Shown here piece after piece: positions 52,857 through 64,000 of a DNA stretch of 64,000 bases (position 1 is its first letter; each line of letters starts with the position of its first letter). A program made the position numbers and the translations under genes. The notes under the pieces are model-generated. The model was given only the letters and a program-made list of their open reading frames with translations, was not told where the DNA came from and made no database searches. Source of the DNA: Phaeosaccion multiseriatum (taxonomy: Eukaryota; Protista; Ochrophyta, other classes); NCBI GenBank assembly GCA_965112735.1, contig OZ218959.1:2790001-2854000 (forward strand), in the 5' to 3' direction.

Positions 52857-54748
52857 ATGCCTCCATTCTACAAGGACCTGGCCAAGCCCTCCGTCGGTAA
52901 GCACTGCACGCATACAGCAGTACGTGAGCAGTCCTATAGCAGCCAGGGTATGCCTGAGGGGTGCCACCGATTGGATTGGATTAAAGGGGATGAAGACTTG
53001 GTACATTTGAAAGAGCACTCCTCATGTGGGCCGACGTGTGATATCCCCCTCTCTCTCATACTCTCTACCTCCCATCTCCCTCTTATCCTCCATCTCTCTC
53101 TCCTTCCCTCTCTCTCTCACTGCCTGTCTCCCTCCTTCTTTTTCACAACAGAGCTCTTCAGTGATGACTTCTCGCTCAAGCGCGTGCTCAAGGTCAAGCA
53201 CACCACCCCCAACGGCGTGTCCTTCACCACGGAGAACGAGCACAAGAAGGGTGTGACTGGTAAGGTCAGCGCCAAGTACGCTCACAAGCCCTCGGGCTTC
53301 TCGCTCGACAAGATTTCCATCAGCCCCGACGGATTCCTCGCCATGGAGTCGAGTGTGAAGGACATTGCGCCTGGACTGAGGCTCACAGCAAAGGTATGTG
53401 GAAACAAAACACATCAAAGAAAAGAAACGAACAACGTATTTTACGTGTTTCTACTTGAGAGACGGAGAGAGGAAAGCGTGTCAGATGGAAGAGCTTCAAT
53501 CTAGACAACACCAGAGCAAGAACGACTCTAAACTACAATCGTAGCAAGCAGCACACACCGGTGTGGTCTTATCAAGAACCCCTCTATCTTCTCTCTCCCC
53601 TCTCCCCTTACACCACTCCGCCCTCACACCATCCCTCCTCCCCTGCCTTTCTCCCATACTGCATACACTACACCCCTCCCCTGCCTTTCCACCTGCCCCA
53701 CCGCACCAACCCCAACAGACCGACCAGGAGATGAAGGGTGACATCGGCCTCGAGTACGTCAAGCCCCAGTACACAGTCGCAAGTGTTATGGATATGGAGC
53801 TCAGTAACCTCAAGACGAGCGCGGTTATGACCGCCAGGAATGGAGTCAACGCGGGGGCGGAGGTCAAGTATCAGTTCGCTGGGGAGAAGGCGAGCGAGCT
53901 GAAGGACTACAACGCCGGTGAGTGAGTGAGTGAGTGAGGGAGGGAGGGAGGGAGGGAGGAGGGAGTGAGTGAGTCGAGTGAATGATTGAGCAGGGCATGC
54001 GGGTGTGTGAGACCTTCGTGTGTGCGGATGGGTGGGTTGGGAAGTTACACAAATATATGTCTGTCCGAATTCGCCGCTGCTGCTACTGCGACGTACGATT
54101 ATCCCCATCATTTGTCTGTCTTACAACAACCCACAACCCACAACCCACACAAACAGCCATCTCGTGCTTCATGGGCAAAGGCTACTGGGCCGCCCTGACC
54201 AGCACCAACAAGATGAGCAACTACACGCTGTCCGCCATGTTCAGTCCTGCGAAGGACACTGTTGCGGGCATCCAGGCCACCGCTGCCAAGGACGCGCTGT
54301 CTTCGCCCTAGTAAGTCAAGGGGAGGGGGTGGCTTGAGCGTGTGTGTGTGTGTGTGTGTACATGGGGTTCTGACGTTTTGTAGGGCCTGTCGAGGATGAA
54401 GATTTGACTAAAGGTTACAGATCGATCGAGAGGAAGCAGGGTACTTAGCACTTCCTCTCTGTGATGCAGTTGCTCAACGCCACCCCACCCCATACACATA
54501 CCCCACTGCTTTGTTCTCTCTCTATTTGCCTCCCCCCACTCGCCCGCCCGCCCCACAGTCTGACTGTGGGAGGCCTGTACCGCTGCAACCCTAAGACCAC
54601 CATGAAGGCCAAGGTCACTTCAGACGGGATCCTGTCAGGGTTGGTGTCGCAGACGTGTGCGGCCAAGATGCTCGTCAATGTCACTGGTCAGGTGGATGTC
54701 AGGGAGGTCTCGTCACCGCGATTTGGACTCTCTTGCACCCTCGGCTAA
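52857..54748 (+). CDS. VDAC: Mitochondrial porin (voltage-dependent anion channel), 5 exons
   Basis: Exons approx 52857-52896, 53152-53392, 53719-53917, 54157-54310, 54559-54748. N-terminal MPPFYKDLAKPSVELFSDDF, LKVKHTTPNGVSFT, alternating beta-strand pattern, KAKVTSDG, C-terminal PRFGLSCTLG beta-signal. Confidence 0.88.
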
Positions 54749-55640
54749 GCCGGGGCAGTAGCAGAGCATCAGCAGTTGGTGATACAGCAGCAGAGTAGAA
54801 GTTGGTGATACAACCCGTGTTGTGCCTCTCTCCGGCGAGTGTGTGAAGGGGAGGCAGTGGCGGGGTTGTGGCAGACGGGGAGAGCGCATCAGGAGGAGGG
54901 AGCAGTGAGCGCTCGGAGTGTTAGAAGTACTATCAGGCTGAATGGTGGGGTGAGTCACGGGCATGCGATGCTTTGGATGTGGACGGAGCGAGGTTGGTTG
55001 GCTGGTTGGTTGGTCAGACAGAACGGTGGGAAGGAAGGAAGGAAGGAAGCTGCCCGTAGAGGAGCCACAAGGAGAGAGAGAGGGCGGGGGCAGGGCTATG
55101 CTGTGCTGCTCTTGCGCGGCGTGGTCGACGAGAGAGAGAGGCACGACGTTTGTTGTCATTAGAGAGAGGGGGGAGGGGGTGGCGCCAGGGTGAAACCTTG
55201 TCCGGTGATTGGATGGTGGACAAGTCAGTAAGTGTGAAGGCAAAGGGGCGGGGGGACTGGGTCAGTCACAGTCGCGCGATGGAGCGGGAAAGGGATCGAG
55301 GGAGGGAGGGGGTTGGAATCCAGGAGAGGAGAGGCAGGCATTCTGTCCGCTCTCCGCTCTGCATGGTGCGAGGTGCGAGATGCAGCTTTCATTCCTCATG
55401 TAATGATTAATTAATAAAGTCTTGACGAGAAGGAGAGCTCCAAAGGGGAAGTAGGAAGTAGAGGCTCTGGGAAGTGGGAAAGGAGGAGAAAAGGAAAATG
55501 ATGGAGTGGAGAGGGCGCCTAAAAGTAATGTAGTTGGAATCCTACGGGCGATCGCGAACGGTTGACGATTGACCCCGCCTTCTTGTCCGTATGTTCAGAG
55601 GCGTGTAGCGCGAGGCTTCCTCCCTCTCTTAGTGCTTAAG

Positions 55641-56606
55641 ATGAATCACAGTGTACGATATGCTGGTGAGGAGGACGAGAGATTCTTTGCAGACGAGGAT
55701 GGACGCTCCTCCTCCTCCGAGGAGGACGATCCTGAGGACCGACCTCGGGAGGGGATGCTGGATTCAATGCGCTCCCTCGTGGCCAAGGAGAGGGCTCTGC
55801 GAGCAATGCAACTGGAGGAGAAGGAGAGAGAACTCCAGGTACCTGCCAGTCAGTTTGTAAAGACTCACTTTCCCTCAGGGAAGAGACGGACTTACTGTTT
55901 GGAGAGGCAGAATTTCCCCCCTCGCTCTGAATAATGCTTGTGCTGCATGTTTCCTCCACGCTCTTTGTTTTGCAGGCATGGCGCAAGATGGCCACGCAGT
56001 TGCAACAGGAACTGCTTGGAGGACGGGAGGAGGGAGAGGAGCAGCAGCAGCCAGGAGAGGGAGGCGATGGAGGAGAGTACCATAGCGAGGACCTGCATCA
56101 CTCTGCACAACAGCAGCAGCTGCAAGACGCAGTGAACGCCATGGCATCGGTTCAAAGTAGACGAGGAGGGGGGGGGCGAAGCAGCAATGATGGGGGAAAC
56201 TCTGCTTCGGACCTCCAGCTCTTGGAGCTCATCTCATCCGGCAACGACAGGGCTGCCAGGAAACGAAACGCGCAGTTGGTGAGTAGTAGCAGCGCCACTG
56301 CTACGGGCGGGAGACTGAGGAATAAGGCCAGCCTGAGCCTGGTCGGGCTGTCTGTGCTGCGCCAGCCCTCGGCCATGCAGGGGTATGTGGATAAGATGCG
56401 CTGGCTGCCCAAGCTGATACGGCTGGACCTGCGGTACTGCGGGCTAGACGACTCCTGTGCATCCCAGGTGAGAAGCATGAAGACGCCAAGCGAATAGAGC
56501 GTGTGCTGTGGTTGAGTGAGGAGGTCGAGTCCGAGGACTGGAAACGGAGACGCTTCATCGGAGTCAGCAGGTCGAGAAGAAGAAGCGCACCGAGCAAAAA
56601 GTCTGC

Positions 56607-56652
<46 letters not shown>

Positions 56653-59600
56653 CACGTACTCGAAACCTCCACACCACAAGCTCAATATTCCCCCGTGTGA
56701 GAGCCGGCGGCCGGATTGACCTCCCGCTCCTCTCCTCCCCTCCCTTCCCTCCCCTGGCACCACAGGTAGCAGCCTTGCTGGAAATGCCTACGGGAGGCCT
56801 CCGCAGTCTGGACTTGCGCCACAACTCGCTCGGCCCCACCACTGCCGCCCTCCTCATCAGCAGCCTCGCCCAGCCGCGCAGACCGCAGCAGACGCTTCGA
56901 AACCTGCAGCTCGGCGACAACATGCCCATGGCCGGGGTTGCCCATCTCGGGTCGGAAATCGCGGCGGCCCTCAAGGGCGGCCGGTGCCTCCACCTCTCCT
57001 CTCTCGGCGTAACTCTCAACGACTTTGCAAGTCGCTTCGCCCCCCCCCCTGCCTCGGCCTCGGCCTCTACCGGTGGTGGAGGGGGTGTCGGGGGCCGCTC
57101 GGCTGGAGGGGGTGGGGGGGGCACACGGCGAGGAGCGGCGCCGCAAAAGAGAAGACTAAAAGGTGTGTATGGAGGGGTGTGTGTGAGTGTGTATGTCAAA
57201 AGACCCACCAAATCCAAACTCTCTGGAAAGGCTCTTCCTTCCCTCCTTTCTCCCTCCCTGTGCCTCCCTCTCCGTCCGCCCCTCCCCCCCTCCAATCTCA
57301 GCCTCTTTTGACGTGCATCCTGACCGTACCATGTCTGTATTCTGTATCACCAACTGCTGCTACTACTCAGTGGGACATCCCATGAACGCGTTGTGCTTTC
57401 TCCGAGCCTTCATCGCGAGTGAAGGCAAGGTGAAATTGGACACTCTCAGCCTCGCACACGCGAGCCTTCACACCAGGTGCGTGCGTGCGTGCGTGTGTGC
57501 GTGTCCTGGATAGCAAAAGTAGAACGCGAGGACAACAGTTGGTGCACTGCAGTGCTTTCCCTGCCGAGGCGCTGCTGACGTCAGCGTCAGTCAATCCATT
57601 GGCCAGTCATAGGGCAGGGCATGCTGTCGAAGAGAGACAGAGACAGAGACTGAGACAGAGACAGACCGAATCGACTTATGACCACCTCCTGACCCAGTGC
57701 TTTCCCTCCACGCATGCGCTGCTGCTCCTCCGTGTACAGTACTTTACTCACCTGTGAAATCAAATCACTCATTTGAAAACAAACCCCTCTTTCGCTTCTC
57801 CATGTATGTATGTATATATATACATGTGTGTCTATGTATGTTGTGTGTGTGTATGTGTACCTACGTATGTAACGGCTTGACGCGTGTGAGCAGGTCCGTG
57901 CAGCAGCTGTCCAGCGACGGGCTGCCTCGCCTCACCAGCCTCGACCTGTCCAACTGCTTCATTGGCACAGAGGGGGCCCTCCTGCTCGCCAGAGGCCTCA
58001 AGATGGGCTACGGCCGACGGAGAGGAGGCACCCCCAGGGGAGGAGGGCCCTCACCGAGAGGAGGGGGAGGAGGAGGAGGCAGCCAGACGACCTCTACGCC
58101 CCGGGGGGGGGCTTCCCCGAGAGGGTCACTGTCTTACAAGCACAGCAAGTCGCCGCTGCGAACTCTTTTACTGCCCCACAATGCCATCGCTTGTGGCGGG
58201 GCCCGGGCCTTGGCGGAGGCTCTGGCGGTGAACACGTGTCTAAAGGAGTTAGACCTTCGCAGCAATCTCATCCGAGGGGAGGGGACGCAGGCGCTGGCCG
58301 CGGGGATACGGGCCAGTGCGACGCTCACCTGGCTGGATGTGAGTGAGTTGTCGCTCTTTGTGATAGAGAGGAGGAGGAGGTGGTGGTGGTGGTGGTGGTG
58401 GTGGTGGTGGTGGTGGTGGTGGAGGAGGAGGAGGTGGAGGAGGAGCCGGGCTTGAGGTTCCCGCGATCATTCCACCTTTACCTTGCACCCGAAGAACGGA
58501 GACTGTTCCAAGAGGAGAGCTCCTGAACCCCTCCCCTTCTCCCCCCCCCACTCCCCCTCTGTCCTGCTTCTCCTTCTCTGTGCAGGTGGGCGACAACCCC
58601 CTGTCCGCCGAGGCCCTGGACCGCTTGGTGCAGGCTGTGAAGGGCCGGCTCGCTGCTGCGGCACTGCGAGGAGGAGGCCCTGCTGTGGTCCTGCAAGGTC
58701 TTGATACAGTGCCCATCTCGGTCAATGGTAGGGACATGGCCGCCGTGGAAAAGGGAGGCCACGGCAGTAGAGCGGGAGGAGGAGGAGGAGGAGGAGGAGG
58801 AGGAGGAGGAGGAGGAGGAGGAGGAGGAGGAGGAGGAGGGGAGGAGGAGGGCCTCGTGATGATGTTCCCAAAGCGCCAGCGTCCTTTGGCCCGCACAGAG
58901 GGAGAGGCAATGCTACAGGCAGCTGCCGATGAGGAGGCGGAAACAGGGGAGGGAGGAGGGGCTGGGCCTGGGTTTGTTCTAATGACCAAGGTGCGACTAC
59001 CGATGGCCGTGCCGGAAGAAGAGGAGGAAGAGGAGGAGGAAGGTGACGAAAGCGATGGAGGAGGAGAGGACGACGATGGGGCTGGGAAGGAGGATGAAGG
59101 GAGGACGGGTAGGGGCAGGGGGAACAAGAGCAGCTCAGGAGGAAAGTGTCGCTGGACAGGAGAAGGGGTAGTGTGTACTCAGTGGTGGTGTAATCGCTCG
59201 GGCGGGTCTAAGAAAATGAGAGGCAGCAGTTTGGGCGGTAAAGGAGGAGGAGGAGCAGGACGGAGCAGCGCGCCCTCTGCCCTGAGGTGGCGGCTGACTC
59301 GACATCGAGGAGGGCCTTCATCTGGCTTGGTTGCGCCTTCTTCCCCCTCGCCCTCCTCCTCCTCCTCCTCCTCCTCCTCCTCCTCCGTCTCGATTGTGCA
59401 CGAGGGTATGCTGGGCGAGCAGGCGTGGGCAGTGCAGCAAGGGCAGCAGTTGGTGATACAGCAGCAGGAGATTGCGTCGGAGTACTACCATGCGCAGTCA
59501 GTGACGACGGGGTGGAGGGAGGGGGATGAAGTGGGCATTTGGTTGGCGGCCTGCGACGCCAAGGGTACCGTTCCCCCCCTTACCATGCGCAGGAGTATGG

Positions 59601-60176
59601 GGTGGATGAAATGCAGAGATGTGCGCGTTTATCCTTGTGCAGGTGAGAGCTTGAGGGTTGGTGGGTTGGTGGGTGGGTGGGGAGGTAGTGAGTGAGTGAG
59701 TCAAAGGTTGGTATGTCATCGCAAGAAAGGGTTCACCAACAGGTATGAGTTTGCGGAAAAGGGGGCAGCCCGTGGTTGGTTGGGTGCCCACCCCTCCCCT
59801 CAGTTTGGTTGCGCCACGACTCAAGATCCTCCTCTCCTCCAACACCTCTCGCCCTCGCCCCTCTCACAGGGGAGCACGGCATTGTCTACGCGGATGACCA
59901 ACACGTGGAGCAGAGCGTCGCAGGCGCTACCGCTGCTGCATTCACTGAGCCTCGCACGGCCAGCGGGGTGAGGATAGAGGCGAGGTTTGAGGTGGGAGCA
60001 GCCATGCAGCGCGCACGTGAGGCAGCGGCAGCAGCAGTTGGTGATACAGCGGGTCCTGCTGGCCTTCGCCTGCGCTGCTGCAAGGAGGCCTATGTGGGCT
60101 TTGGAGGAGACGTTCGCGTCCTGTGGCAGTCGCGCCTGCTCTTGACGGAGGAGGGCGGTGGTGGGGGGGGAGGAGT

Positions 60177-60214
<38 letters not shown>

Positions 60215-60669
60215 GAGGAGGAGGAGGGAGTAAGGGTTTGGGCACCCGCTTGCTACGCACAGCTGCGGCGGGTGGCGGATACTGCTGGGCCGTGACGAGG
60301 AGCCGCCCTGGGGCTCCAGGAGTGGTCGCGGCTATCGTGGGGAGCGGTGTCAGCCCGACCCGGCCATGGGAGTGGGCAGATCTGGAGTGTGTGGCGGAGG
60401 GATGCCTGCCGGGCGATGTATTGGGTCTGTGGCTGGATGACCCAAGACTGCCTCCCGGCGCGGGGGCAGCTCGGGCTACTGTGAAGGGTTTCTCTCTCGG
60501 GACGGTGGATAGGGTGTGTATGGGTAGCGAGGGAGGGAGTGGGAGTGGGAGTTGTGGTAGTAGTAGTGGTGCGATGAGCCAGGCCCCTCCTTTTGTGCAG
60601 AGGTGCCCGCTGGCCTTCTACGGAGCATACCCCATGAACATGGTTGCGGGGGGAGGGAGCTGGAACTAA
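55641..60669 (+). CDS. RNI-like leucine-rich repeat protein with N-terminal coiled coil
   Basis: Exons approx 55641-55838, 55977-56467, 56766-57162, 57371-57475, 57893-58340, 58586-59642, 59870-60669. LRRs: LIRLDLRYCGL, LRSLDLRHNSLG, LRNLQLGDN, LTSLDLSNCFIG, LRTLLLPHNAI, LKELDLRSNLI. Confidence 0.78.
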
Positions 60670-60834
60670 GTCGAAACCCTCCCTGGTGGAGGAATCAAAT
60701 CTGTTTTTGTGTGACGCAAGTCGGGCATAGTCCAGTTTGAGTTTCACCTTTTTCGTTTCCTTTTTCGCTGGGATCGTTCCCGGACCGACGGTTGGAATGT
60801 GCGATTTCTCTCATCACATCAACCATTCACAACC

Positions 60835-62271
60835 ATGGTGCAGATCAACAAGAACAAGATGAACAACAGCAAGACCACGAAGGAGAACTGCAGGATTGCT
60901 GCCAAGGGTGGGGAGGACGACGACGGCTGGGTGGAGGCAAAGGTGGAGGAGGGAAGCGCCAACGCCAGTCCTGGCAGAGACGAGAAGCGGAGCAAGGAGG
61001 AGCGCGGGGCTCTTCAGGAAGTCCGCAAGGCCCGCTTCTCCTCTCTCCATGCCTCTCTGGATGCTGACCCAGAGGCCTCTGAGCTGCTGAAGGCTGCCAC
61101 GGCCTCGCTGGACGAGCGTTTTGGGCTGGTCCTAACCTCCACTCAGCTGTGGGGCTTCTTGCGCCTCTCGCAGCTGCCCGTGTGCCGCCTCAAGGGCGCC
61201 GAGCTCATCAAGGGCGGGGAGCTGAAGCAGGCCATGGATGCCGCTGCGGACTTCACAGCCCCACCTCCCCCCCCTGCCGTGGGTGCGGAGGACCGCGTGA
61301 TGGCCAAGGGAGTCACGCTGCTGGCTTTGCTCGTCAAGGGCATGGGCGGCGGGCTGGACAGCAAGGCGGACGCTCGCGTGCTGCTGAAGGCCCTCAATGT
61401 GGCGCCCCAGCGCTTCGTTCGCTTGGGCCTCTTGGAGAAGCAACAGCTGCGCGAGTTTCACGCCGAGGAGAAGGAGAAGCCCGAGATGGACAAGGAGGAG
61501 AGCCGCCAACTCAGCAAGAAGGAGGGTGCCGTTGAACGCGAGGTCATTGCCGCCACGAGCGGTGAGGACGACGCCGGCTGGGTGGAGGCAAAGGGGGAGG
61601 ACGCGAAGGGAGATGAAAGCAAGAAGCTGGGCAAGCGCCAGGCCCGCGTCTCTGCTCTCCACTCGTCTCTTGATGCCGACCCGGAGGCCTCTGAGCTGCT
61701 GAAGTCTGCCACGGCCACGCTGGACGAGCGCTTCGGGCTCCGCCTGACGCCCACTCAGCTGTGGAGCTTCCTGCGCGTGTCGAAGCTGCCCATCTGCCGC
61801 CTGAAGCAGGCGAACATCATCAAGGGCGGGGAGCTGAAGCAGGCCATGGATGCCGCTGCTGTGGACTTCACGGCCCCACCCCCTCCCCCTGCCATGGGTG
61901 CGGACGACGACATGAAGGTCGAAGACGGCGCGTCGCTCCTCTCTGTGCTGGCTAAGGGCGGGGTGGGCCTCCACAGCAACGTCGAAGCCCTGACCCTGCT
62001 GAAGGCCCTCAACGTGCTGCCTGGGCGCTTCGTCCGTTTGGGCTCTCTCGGGAAGGAGCAGCTGCAAGACTTCCACCGCTTTGCCCAGCGCCACGCTCGC
62101 CTGATGCAAGGCGAAGGACATGGAGGAGCTGCTCACCCTGCTGCTGGCCGTGCTGCTGGCCCTGCTGCTGGTCGCGGCCCCCATGGCAAGGGAGCGCAGC
62201 CTACTCCTCTCCACCACCGTGGCCCCACGTTGGGCCTCCGCCGCCGCCGAGCCAACCGAGGAGGGGAGTGA
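60835..62271 (+). CDS. Intronless hypothetical protein made of two ~200-aa tandem homologous domains
   Basis: ATG 60835 in ACCATGG context, strong GC3 bias; repeat unit DDxGWVEAK..SLDADPEASELLK..LDERFGL..IKGGELKQAMDAA..LLKALNV..RFVRLG at ~60913-61460 and ~61564-62075. C-terminus probably frameshifted near 62107. Confidence 0.75.
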   Translation: MVQINKNKMNNSKTTKENCRIAAKGGEDDDGWVEAKVEEGSANASPGRDEKRSKEERGALQEVRKARFSSLHASLDADPEASELLKAATASLDERFGLVLTSTQLWGFLRLSQLPVCRLKGAELIKGGELKQAMDAAADFTAPPPPPAVGAEDRVMAKGVTLLALLVKGMGGGLDSKADARVLLKALNVAPQRFVRLGLLEKQQLREFHAEEKEKPEMDKEESRQLSKKEGAVEREVIAATSGEDDAGWVEAKGEDAKGDESKKLGKRQARVSALHSSLDADPEASELLKSATATLDERFGLRLTPTQLWSFLRVSKLPICRLKQANIIKGGELKQAMDAAAVDFTAPPPPPAMGADDDMKVEDGASLLSVLAKGGVGLHSNVEALTLLKALNVLPGRFVRLGSLGKEQLQDFHRFAQRHARLMQGEGHGGAAHPAAGRAAGPAAGRGPHGKGAQPTPLHHRGPTLGLRRRRANRGGE

Positions 62272-62739
62272 GTAGGGAGGTACACTGGATATTGATATGA
62301 TCCCCTAAGGGGACTTGATTGCAGCTGTGTAGAGATATTCCTGGCTTATGAACACGGGAATCACACTCGACAGCTCTGCAGTTCTGCACTCAAGGAAAGG
62401 AAAGGAAGGGAAGGGAAAATGTGAAGTTAGGGGGAGGGGTGGAGAGGGGGGGGGGGGGGGCACAGGCAACCAACGACGACACTGTTGGAGCCGTGCCACT
62501 ATTCATTCAATAAAAAAAGGCCACACAGCGCGGCCACCAAAACCAAATAAAAAGGGATAAAAAGAAACACGAAAATGCCCCTGCTTTAAGTCCTTTGTCT
62601 CCCACGTATATCCCTTCTTCGACCTTCTCCACAGACCACCGCTCTAAAAATCGCGGCGTAAAAGAAAACAGCACTTCCCTCCTCCTCCTCCTCCTCCTCC
62701 TCCTCCTCCTCATCCTCCTCCTCCTCCTCCTCCTCCTCC

Positions 62740-63928
62740 TCATCCTCCTCCTCCTCCTCCTCCTCCTCCTCCTCCTCCTCCTCCTCCTCCTCCTCCTCCT
62801 TGCCCCTGCCCTCCCCTCCCTCCTCGCCCTCCCCGCCCTGCCTTTCCTCCTCGCCCTCCTCGCCCTCCCCTCCCTCCCTTTCCTCCTCGCCCTCCTCGCC
62901 CTCCCCGTCCTCCCTTTCCTCCTCCTCCTCCTCCTCCTCCTCCTCCTCCTCCTCCTCCTCCTCCTCCTCCTGCTGCTGCTCCTCCTCCTCCTCCTAAACC
63001 ACCGCCAAGGGGAACTGCGGCAATTGGACCCTGAGTGATCACGCCCCTCACGTTGGGAGGAGGAGAGGGAGGAGCAAGGTTTGCTCCATACTGGTGCAAC
63101 TGCTGCTGTTGCTGCTGTTGCAGGCGCATCTGCTGCTGCTGATGCTGCCGTTGCTGCTGCGGCTGTTGCTGCTGCTGCTGCTGGCCAGGTGGACGTCGCC
63201 CCCGTGCCTGCTGCTGCTTCTGCTGCTGCCCCTTCGGCTCCTGCCCCGTCCATAGTTTCCTCCCACCTGCACCTCTACCGGCCCCTCCCTCTTCCCCTCC
63301 GCCCCTTCCTCCTCCCGCTCGCCTCGCCGCCCTGTTCTGTCCTTGGCCATGGCGCTGCGGGGATAAGTTGCCTCTTCTACCACCCCTGTCCTCCTTGATT
63401 TGCACGGGGGTAAAGACCTCCTCCCAGCTCTTGGGCTCCAGGGTACCCAACAACACTGCCGCCCTCTTGAGCTCTGTATTGATTCTCTTCTGGCCTGTTC
63501 GAGGCGGGAAGGTTCAGGTTGAGGTCGATAGAAGGTTTTCACACCGTGTTTGATCGGAAGAAGATGAGGAAGGAAGGAAGGAAGGAAGGAAGGAAGGAAG
63601 GAAGGAAGGAAGGAAGGAAGGAAGGAAGGAAGGAAGGAAGGAAGGAAGGAGGAAAGGAAGGAAGAAAGGAAGGAAGGAAACGAAGGAAGAAAGGAGGGGC
63701 AAAGGGGGAGCAACGCTTTTGTTAATTCACAGCTGCCCAGGACAAGGCTTAAGAATTGATGGACAATGCTTGCTTGCACAGTACATTGAAAATTGACACG
63801 CCAGCATCGTGAACGTCAAGTGCTATTCGTCAAGTGAACTGACCTGTTCGACTGACCACCGTGCCGAGATCGTGCGGAAAGATGCTATCGACCGTCTCGA
63901 ACGGGTCCTCGATGCTGATGCGCCACAG
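62740..63928 (-). CDS. 3' exons of a Cid1/TUTase (non-canonical poly(A)/poly(U) polymerase) family gene with Q-rich and RGG-rich tail; gene begins beyond right edge
   Basis: Exon 63928-63844 LWRISIEDPFETVDSIFPHDLGTVVSRT (PAP-associated IEDPF..HxLG motif) splices in phase to 63494-62740 GQKRINTELKRAAVLL.., then polyQ and (GGR/GGK)n. Confidence 0.75.
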
Positions 63929-64000
63929 CTGTACGAGGGGAGTCACACACACACACACATGGACACACACACATGCCCGCACACACGCACACACGCACAC

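Noticed and set aside
61132-62217. 361-aa minus-strand ORF
   Set aside because: Antisense shadow of a high-GC3 plus-strand gene.

Overview
GC-rich, intron-rich, microsatellite-saturated eukaryotic DNA. It is probably a stramenopile/algal-type microbial eukaryote, but that is inference from gene style only. Most ORF-track entries are low-complexity shadows, so I assembled the genes by hand from GT-AG boundaries and motifs. Left to right: an intronless NRPS-like adenylation-thiolation gene (AASDH/AAE19-like, runs off the left edge, missing from the ORF track); a DBP5/DDX19 helicase; a very large WD40/acidic protein; a CaMK1-like kinase; a HINT3-like HIT protein; a decayed ankyrin-repeat gene; an FG-GAP-like propeller protein; a rearranged ~4.5 kb insertion (duplicated UBA2 5' end plus a 2.3 kb palindrome of PIF1-helicase fragments); UBA2/SAE2; an IMPDH-like gene lacking its catalytic residues; VDAC; an RNI-type LRR protein; a tandem-domain orphan gene; and the 3' end of a Cid1/TUTase-family gene. 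The main findings are three. (1) A dispersed 15-nt motif, CAGTTGGTGATACAG, sits in (CAG)n tracts on both strands, in exons (several frames), introns and UTRs of unrelated genes. (2) The IMPDH paralogue is intact but apparently catalytically dead. (3) The PIF1 palindrome is flanked by 15-bp direct repeats next to a duplicated host gene fragment.
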